In this document: positions 57,929 through 64,000 of the stretch, piece after piece
Numbering within the stretch: the stretch's first letter is position 1
Layout: each line of letters begins with the position of its first letter
From: Candidatus Babeliales bacterium
GTDB taxonomy: Bacteria > Babelota > Babeliae > Babelales > Chromulinivoraceae
DNA length: 64,000 nt
Assembly: GCA_041660205.1 (NCBI GenBank)
Contig: JBAZWT010000003.1
Coordinates: forward strand, 7,948-71,947
Reading direction: 5' to 3'
Notes under the pieces: generated by a model
Database searches by the model: none
Told to the model about the DNA's origin: nothing
Seen by the model: only the letters and a program-made list of their open reading frames with translations
Program-made: the position numbers and the translations under genes

Positions 57929-58363
57929 ATGACGCAAAAAAATCAATCTTCTTTTACAATTTCCGACCTTGTTTCACTCGCAACAACCATGCAACAGAGC
58001 GCTATTGCTACCTACAGTAATTTTAAAGTTGGCGCGTCACTTCGCAGCTCAGATGGAACTTTTATTGGTGGTTTTAATATCGAATCTGTTTCATACGGTC
58101 TGACTATGTGTGCTGAACGTGTTGCCATTTTTTCAGCGCTGACAGCAGGACACAACACATTTACCCATCTTGCACTTGTTACCGATATTGGCGTTTTTCC
58201 TTGCGGAGCGTGCCGACAAATGATATATGAATTTTGTAGCGACGCGATCATCATTATTGCAACACCGCAGAGAGTCATTGCAACAACAACAATTAAAGAA
58301 CTTATGCCTCATGCATTTTGCGATAACGATCTTGAACAATCTAAAAAAAGGTTAATTTCATGA
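57929..58363 (+). CDS. cdd: Cytidine deaminase
   Basis: Zinc-binding motifs CAERVAIFSA and PCGACRQMIYEF. 144 aa. Confidence 0.85.
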   Translation: MTQKNQSSFTISDLVSLATTMQQSAIATYSNFKVGASLRSSDGTFIGGFNIESVSYGLTMCAERVAIFSALTAGHNTFTHLALVTDIGVFPCGACRQMIYEFCSDAIIIIATPQRVIATTTIKELMPHAFCDNDLEQSKKRLIS

Positions 58364-59211
58364 AGCTTGTATTCAATCTTTGGCTTATCATCGCACTGTG
58401 CACAGCAACATCTTCATATTTACTTTCATCAAAAAGAGAACTCTGCACCGCTTTTCAATGCACAGCACATGAATGGAAAACAGCTCATATCGATACGCTT
58501 TCAAACACGCAGCACATAGAAACTTTGATCGATATAATTCTACTCAGTTATTTAGTCACAAAAGAATCATGTCATATGATCAGAGCTAAGCTTACGATTC
58601 AAGAAGAGCTTCTCAAGATTCAAACACCATCGATTAATGATTCATGGCAAACAAACATGAAAATCGGCAACAATGATACAACTAATTTAGAGCAAGCAAT
58701 CGACTCTATTAAACAATCACAAATCATTTTTCAAGAAATTTTTAGCAAGCTACAAAATCTTGGGCCACATCTGATACGAATCAATCCTCAACCAACCAAA
58801 ACATTAATCACTGATTTAAAAACTGCTCTTATTGCATGGGGTAAACAACAACATGAAATCACTGCACAATTAGGTCTCATTCAAAGTGAATTTACTTCAG
58901 CCATTGCTACTATTTCAGATATTAAAGTATTGTTTGAAATAGCATTTCACACATCAGACTTAAAACATGCGCACCTTAAAAAAGCTGCTGGCTATGTTAC
59001 AAAAACGTACAGAGACATTGAAGGTGTTATCGATCATTTAACAAAAGTTCGCAAAGATAGTATCGATAAACTTCAAATATTTTTTTCATTATTTTTTAAA
59101 ACTTATTATAGCGCAATCTACCTGTCGCTGAACTCTGAGCAAAAAGAATATTTTGTCACACAAGCTACCGAGGACGGAAAACTACCCCTACCAGATGCGT
59201 TTTTCATCTAA
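58360..59211 (+). CDS. Exported hypothetical protein, translationally coupled to cdd (ATGA overlap)
   Basis: 283 aa with signal-like N-terminus. No family recognised. Confidence 0.5.
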   Translation: MKLVFNLWLIIALCTATSSYLLSSKRELCTAFQCTAHEWKTAHIDTLSNTQHIETLIDIILLSYLVTKESCHMIRAKLTIQEELLKIQTPSINDSWQTNMKIGNNDTTNLEQAIDSIKQSQIIFQEIFSKLQNLGPHLIRINPQPTKTLITDLKTALIAWGKQQHEITAQLGLIQSEFTSAIATISDIKVLFEIAFHTSDLKHAHLKKAAGYVTKTYRDIEGVIDHLTKVRKDSIDKLQIFFSLFFKTYYSAIYLSLNSEQKEYFVTQATEDGKLPLPDAFFI

Positions 59212-59264
59212 AAACGTATACTGTTTTATAGGTTATAAAAACACGGTAATTTATGGGGGTTTTC

Positions 59265-60821
59265 ATGAAAAATAAGATATTTTCATTTCTTCAATTATTG
59301 CTGCTCGTCGGCATTATCCATGTCAATGGCTTAGTATTTGCTAAGGAAAAATTCCCACAGGGTAAAAATACCTATCAGGCGCTTAATGCTGATGAAAATG
59401 ACCCTTTTGTAATCAGTTTTGGTACTTCTATGTCCCAAACCCATCAAACCTCAAATACCGTCAATCCCGAGCACATTCGCTCAACTTTACAAACTATTGC
59501 ACAGCAGCAAGCTGATCCTCAATCTTGGCTTGAAAGCAAAGAGCGTATTTGGTACGTACTTAGATCGTTGCCAAAAGTTGCATGTAGTCACTGTTCAACT
59601 GTTTTTGACCCAAGCAGCTTAAACCCTGAAAAAAATAAATTATTAATAAAAAAGCTCATAAAAGACTTAGCGTCTAATCACTCAGCCAACAAACTTACTA
59701 TGAAGCGTTGTTTAAAATGCTCTCATAAAAACTCTTTAATCGAGCAACCAAAATCACCATCAACTTTAACACCTGCGCACCTACAAGCAATGATTGCACA
59801 AATAGATCATTTAAACATTAACAAACAAGTTGGCTGCAAAAAATGCGCCTTGCCAAATTATCGAATTTCCCTTGAAGCCTGTGATGTCTTAAAAGACGAT
59901 TCTATCGAAATTGATCAAGATAAGCTGCAAGCACAAGCTCAATGGTTAAAACAAATTGGCAATCCTATGCTTTTTTTACACCACTATGCAAATCCTTCAT
60001 GCATTCCAAATCTTTTTGAAAAACCTCAGCACGCAGAGTGGTTTGCAGATTATTGCTCTCAAGTCGTTGCATCATCACCACAAATCACACACGTTTGCCC
60101 GATCAGTCAATTAGTTGCTTTTGGCTTTAGGGTCAAACGACAAACTCTTCCTCCTTTTCAAAGCTCTTTAGACCAGGATGCGTATTTTAATAATATTGTT
60201 CAAGCGCATGTTCAAGCATCTAAAAAAATAAAAGCTCTCAATCCCAAAATTCAAGTGCTTATCTCGCATCAATGGAAACCTATGAAACCAAAACATGGTG
60301 TCGGTGATCCACGAAGACTTTTAGAAATGTTTATTTGTAGCATTGCAAGCAGAATGTACAACGGAAAATTTGTTAGCCTTATGCAAACCCATACGCAGCA
60401 TTTTGACGGTATAGCTCTCAGCTTGTACCCCGCAATACATTTTAACCTCTGGGTAGCAGAAGGCGATAACTGCTCTGGTAAAATTGACGCAGAGTCAGCA
60501 CTCGAAAGCATCATCGAAACACATAAAGCATTTCCTGGCAAAGATATTTACATCGCTGAAACAGGATGTAACACGCCAGACGAGCAAACGAAAAAAGATT
60601 TTATTGATATGACGCTACATGTATGCAAACTTGCGCGAGATAAAGGAATTCCGGTCAAAGGTATTTATTTCTGGGGGCATACCAACGATCCAGAATTTTA
60701 CTCAGAATGGAACTCAGCTCCTGGCAGTTGTCATTTTGGTCCATTTGAAAAACTTGATCCTGAGCATCCGTGTGCATCAATGAACGCGGCAGGTAAACAT
60801 ATACAAGAAATTTTAAGCTAA
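59265..60821 (+). CDS. Exported, divergent glycoside hydrolase family 1-like protein with a Cys-rich insert
   Basis: Start at ATG 59265 after GGGGG. GH1-like C-terminus IYIAETGCN...GIPVKGIYFWGHTNDPEFYSEW...HFGPFEKLD. N-terminal FGTSMSQTHQ. Three CxxC pairs (CSHC, CLKC, CKKC). Confidence 0.5.
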   Translation: MKNKIFSFLQLLLLVGIIHVNGLVFAKEKFPQGKNTYQALNADENDPFVISFGTSMSQTHQTSNTVNPEHIRSTLQTIAQQQADPQSWLESKERIWYVLRSLPKVACSHCSTVFDPSSLNPEKNKLLIKKLIKDLASNHSANKLTMKRCLKCSHKNSLIEQPKSPSTLTPAHLQAMIAQIDHLNINKQVGCKKCALPNYRISLEACDVLKDDSIEIDQDKLQAQAQWLKQIGNPMLFLHHYANPSCIPNLFEKPQHAEWFADYCSQVVASSPQITHVCPISQLVAFGFRVKRQTLPPFQSSLDQDAYFNNIVQAHVQASKKIKALNPKIQVLISHQWKPMKPKHGVGDPRRLLEMFICSIASRMYNGKFVSLMQTHTQHFDGIALSLYPAIHFNLWVAEGDNCSGKIDAESALESIIETHKAFPGKDIYIAETGCNTPDEQTKKDFIDMTLHVCKLARDKGIPVKGIYFWGHTNDPEFYSEWNSAPGSCHFGPFEKLDPEHPCASMNAAGKHIQEILS

Positions 60822-60933
60822 CATTCAGATTAAAGTTACCTAAATCAAAGCAGATAAGCATTTCATAGCTTTGTTTTGTGGTATACTAAAGTCAAACATT
60901 ATGAAATGACATTACAACTTATAAGGATTATGT

Positions 60934-61488
60934 ATGAGAAAATCAGAATTATTAAATGCAAGTGAAGAGCAAGTAATTTTAAAGTATGAATCAGCTACGG
61001 GTAAAGCATGCTTTGTAGAATTTTTAATGCGTTATTTAGTAGATGAATTTATGAAAATACAAAAAATTCCATTACTAAATGGTACTATTAAAAGAAGTAC
61101 AGGCGTAATAAAACCTTTTATCATTAGAAATGCTTGGGATAAGAATTGTAAATTAGAAGAAATCCAAGAACAAATAATTGATACCTTTCGTTTGTCTGAA
61201 ATAGATAAAAAGAATTTGATTCTATCAAGAGAAGTTCGAAATAGATTATTTCATGGAGATTTTTTTGGACTTGCTACATTACTGAGCCTGAACTTAAAGT
61301 GTGAAGATCTTTCTTCTACAGGACAACTAAATACTGATGATCGTATAAAATGTCTTATGGCTTTAGATAAAGCTCCAAATCAATATATTTTATCAAAGTG
61401 TGAAGCTCTATTTAATGAGAATAAAAAAATGCTCATTGATCTGCAAGATCACCCATTAGTTCAAAAAAAAATAATTTTAAATGATTAA
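60934..61488 (+). CDS. Orphan helical protein with an RNxxxH motif (candidate HEPN-fold RNase)
   Basis: 184 aa with no signal peptide. LSREVRNRLFHGDFF matches the R-N-x3-H-G signature of several HEPN families. Confidence 0.45.
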   Translation: MRKSELLNASEEQVILKYESATGKACFVEFLMRYLVDEFMKIQKIPLLNGTIKRSTGVIKPFIIRNAWDKNCKLEEIQEQIIDTFRLSEIDKKNLILSREVRNRLFHGDFFGLATLLSLNLKCEDLSSTGQLNTDDRIKCLMALDKAPNQYILSKCEALFNENKKMLIDLQDHPLVQKKIILND

Positions 61489-61502
61489 TTTTTAATTTTA
61501 AT

Positions 61503-61545
61503 AAAACAAAAGGCTCGCACTCATTGCGAGCCTTTTGTTTTATTA
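61503..61545 (+). terminator. Rho-independent terminator
   Basis: 17-bp stem aaaacaaaaggctcgca / tgcgagccttttgtttt. Confidence 0.8.
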
Positions 61546-61650
61546 AAACCTCATATCGAATGTATTTAAAAACTAAACGTGTACAAAAACATTGCTTAAC
61601 GTATAATTTTTTTTGCTGCAAAATCCTAAAAATCACAACACAAAAAAACT

Positions 61651-62754
61651 ATGTTATTCGTTAATCGAAGATATTTATGTTACTTTGACTGGATCAGTCT
61701 TTTCCTGGTGTTAATACTTTCAAGCATTAGCCTTTGTTTTGTGTTCAGCACAACATGCAAAGATGGTGCTTTTTCTTTGTTTTTCAAAAAACAAATCCTT
61801 GGAATCCTTTCAGGAATTCTCATCTACTTTTTTTGTAGCTTTATAGATTATCGCACCATTTGTCGTACTGGTTATTGGCTCTATATTTTGACCATCGGTC
61901 TTTTACTTTTCACACTCATCAAAGGTTCTGTAGGAATGGGAGCGCAACGTTGGATCAATCTAGGATTCGTCAAATTTCAATCCTCAGAGCTTGCTAAGCT
62001 TTTTTTCCCTATGTTCATCACCTACTATTTTTTGCACGATACAGAGCAAACTGAGCCCAAGCCAATCACGTATGGCATTCCACTTGCTGTCATTTGTCTC
62101 AGCTTTGTTTTAGTTCTCAAGCAACCTGATTTAGGAACCGCACTCGTCATCTTATTTTCTGGATCACTCATGCTCTGGTTTACTGGCCTTCAAACAAAAT
62201 TTTTTATGATGGCTGGCCTTTGTATACTTGTTACGGCACCCATTTCATGGCACTTTTTAAAGCCTTATCAAAAACAACGTATTTTAGTTTTTTTAGGTGA
62301 AGGTGATCGTAACAAAGAGCGTTATCAAATCGAACAATCAAAAATAGCTGTTGGCTCTGGTGGACTTATTGGAAAAGGAATTGGAAAAGGAACTCAGAAC
62401 AAAATGTGTTTCTTGCCAGAAAGTAGAACAGATTTTATTTTTTCTGTCATCTGTGAAGAAACAGGATTTGTCGGCGCAATTATCGTTTTAGCGTTGTATA
62501 TTTTACTCTTTTTTCAGCTACTCGGGATGATACTGACCATCACCTCATTTTTTCCAAAACTGATGTGCTTTGGCCTTCTGGCGCCCATAGTGTTTTCAAC
62601 AATGATTAATATTGGCATGGTGCTTGATTTAATGCCCATTGTTGGAATCCCCCTACCCTTCATGAGCTATGGAATCACGCACATCTGGACTAGTTTTGCA
62701 AGCCTTGGATGTATCAATAGCGTAACCTGCCAAAGATATGCTCAGGATATGTAG
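61651..62754 (+). CDS. rodA: SEDS-family peptidoglycan glycosyltransferase (RodA/FtsW-like, RodA-sized)
   Basis: QSSELAKLFFP, KQPDLGTALV, LPESRTDFIFSVICEETGFVGA and PIVGIPLPFMSYG. 367 aa. Confidence 0.8.
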   Translation: MLFVNRRYLCYFDWISLFLVLILSSISLCFVFSTTCKDGAFSLFFKKQILGILSGILIYFFCSFIDYRTICRTGYWLYILTIGLLLFTLIKGSVGMGAQRWINLGFVKFQSSELAKLFFPMFITYYFLHDTEQTEPKPITYGIPLAVICLSFVLVLKQPDLGTALVILFSGSLMLWFTGLQTKFFMMAGLCILVTAPISWHFLKPYQKQRILVFLGEGDRNKERYQIEQSKIAVGSGGLIGKGIGKGTQNKMCFLPESRTDFIFSVICEETGFVGAIIVLALYILLFFQLLGMILTITSFFPKLMCFGLLAPIVFSTMINIGMVLDLMPIVGIPLPFMSYGITHIWTSFASLGCINSVTCQRYAQDM

Positions 62755-62774
62755 CTGTATAAATGTTATTGTTT

Positions 62775-63047
62775 TTACAAAGATCGAACCACATCAGGAT
62801 ATTTGTCTGCTAGTTCTCTTTTGCGTAACTTAAAGTCATCTTCAGCTTTAATGAGGCCATCTTCTTCTCTGGTTTGCAAGACTCGTTCTAATTCTTTCAC
62901 ATAGCCGCATCTTACAGCTTCATATGCTTGGTTGTAAGCATTTAAACGCTGCGCCATAGATACTTCTTCAATCTCTTTTGGTGGAGCTATAAGTAACGCA
63001 CTACTTACAAAGAAACAACTTATTAAAATAATTTTTGCACTTTTCAT
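62775..63047 (-). CDS. Small exported protein
   Basis: 90 aa with signal peptide MKSAKIILISCFFVSSALLIA. Confidence 0.45.
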   Translation of the reverse strand: MKSAKIILISCFFVSSALLIAPPKEIEEVSMAQRLNAYNQAYEAVRCGYVKELERVLQTREEDGLIKAEDDFKLRKRELADKYPDVVRSL

Positions 63048-63330
63048 AAAACGATCCTTTTTTGTTTGTATAAAAATATTTACTATGCATATACCCTTTT
63101 TTATTGATTTTGAAAATGAATTTATTGGAAGCTAAAGCTAACGGCAAAGCAAAACACCTTCAATGGAAAAATAGAATTAACTTATTAAAAAGAAGATCAA
63201 ATGTTATGACAAAGCGTTATATTTCTTATCTTCTTTTTTTACTACCCGCAAAATCTCTCATACACAAGTTCCAAAATTTTAGGTACACTAAAAAAACTTA
63301 CATTACTTAAGGTTAAGTATCTACTGCACA

Positions 63331-63370
63331 TGGATCCCCGGGTCAAGCCCGAGGACGAGGAGAAGGGGAT
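63331..63370. repeat. GC-rich intergenic repeat, compact member (TGGATCCCCGGGTCAAGCCCGAGGACGAGGAGAAGGGGAT)
   Basis: It is the reverse complement of the outer parts of 40707-40779. It contains a 7-bp hairpin CCCCGGG-tcaag-CCCGAGG (one G-U pair). It lies 70 nt upstream of dnaE. Confidence 0.65.
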
Positions 63371-63440
63371 AAAATTTCTTGTCATCGTTTGCGCAGAACT
63401 AGACAAATTTCAATAAAAAACTTAAAAAATATTATTTTGT

Positions 63441-64000
63441 ATGACAAAACATTTTACTCATCTACATCTTCATACAGAATATTCACTACTTGATGGTGCA
63501 ATCACCCTTCCTAAATTAGTTGATCATGCAAAAGAGCAAGGACTAAAATCACTCGCTATAACGGATCATGGAAATATTTTTGGTGCAGTAAAGTTTTTTC
63601 AACTGTGTAAAAAAGCTGGCATCAAGCCGATTCTCGGTATGGAAGCATACATCACTGAAGACGTGGATCAACGTTCGGTTGATAAAAAATATTATCATTT
63701 AATTTTACTTGTCGAAAATGAAATCGGGTATAAAAACCTCTGCAAACTTATCGCATTTTCATATCAAAAAGGTTTTTACTTCAAGCCACGTATCGATTAC
63801 AACATACTTGCAGAGCACTGCGAAGGACTCATTGCTACCAGCGCATGCTTGGGTGGTCACATTCCGCAACTTTTAAAAAATGATCGAGAGCAAGAAGCTT
63901 TAAAACAAATCGATTGGTTTGTGAAGCATTTTGGCAAAGATCGTTTTTATTTTGAAGTGCAGCCTGAAGACCAAGCAGAACAAGTGGTGATGAATAAAAA
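63441..64000 (+). CDS. dnaE: DNA polymerase III alpha subunit DnaE, N-terminal PHP domain (runs off the window end)
   Basis: FTHLHLHTEYSLLDGAITL, LAITDHGNIFGAVKF and PILGMEAY motifs. Confidence 0.9.
   Translation, partial: MTKHFTHLHLHTEYSLLDGAITLPKLVDHAKEQGLKSLAITDHGNIFGAVKFFQLCKKAGIKPILGMEAYITEDVDQRSVDKKYYHLILLVENEIGYKNLCKLIAFSYQKGFYFKPRIDYNILAEHCEGLIATSACLGGHIPQLLKNDREQEALKQIDWFVKHFGKDRFYFEVQPEDQAEQVVMNK

Noticed and set aside
63331-63345. GGATCCCCGGG (BamHI/SmaI-like string resembling a cloning-vector polylinker), also at 40769-40779 and 33570-33578
   Set aside because: It occurs in three diverged copies embedded in a longer shared native repeat, and there is no further vector sequence around it. 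Vector contamination is unlikely.

Overview
AT-rich bacterial chromosomal segment with high coding density. The housekeeping genes indicate a diderm envelope with peptidoglycan: ychF, an mscS-like channel, maf, spoVG, rsmH, murF, ftsK, uppP, htrA/degP, glyQS, ktrB/ktrA-like, rplU, mutS, uvrA, cdd, a rodA-like SEDS gene and the 5' end of dnaE. RNA genes are tRNA-Gln(UUG), tRNA-His(GUG) and two identical tRNA-Pro(UGG). Between these genes lie many lineage-specific ORFs with signal peptides, two ankyrin-repeat proteins, two M48-like exported peptidases and two paralogous Cys-rich outer-membrane beta-barrel candidates. This looks like a host-associated or intracellular bacterium, possibly Dependentiae/TM6-like, but that is inference only. 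I found no CRISPR array, rRNA, transposase or integrase. The observations most worth a second look are these. (1) A 1.4-kb block of two toxin-antitoxin pairs (DUF433/DUF5615 and MNT/HEPN) sits exactly at the ftsK stop codon. It is bracketed by a 79-bp duplicate of the ftsK 3' end whose 7 mismatches are all synonymous third-position changes. (2) A 6.1-kb segment is bracketed by identical tRNA-Pro copies plus their terminator hairpins. It carries a candidate HEPN-like protein and a tightly packed array of diverged small single-pass membrane protein paralogs. A GIY-YIG mini-gene block is inserted between the second tRNA-Pro and its terminator. (3) uvrA has a 1-nt frameshift and also appears to lack the insertion domain. 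(4) A family of short GC-rich intergenic repeats stands out against the AT-rich background. (5) Smaller items include an orphan RNxxxH (HEPN-like) protein, an AAA+/PD-(D/E)xK ATPase with a perfect 20-bp inverted repeat upstream and decayed TA remnants next to it, an exported Memo-AMMECR1 fusion, and a divergent GH1-like protein. All functional calls rest on motif recognition by eye. No database search was run.
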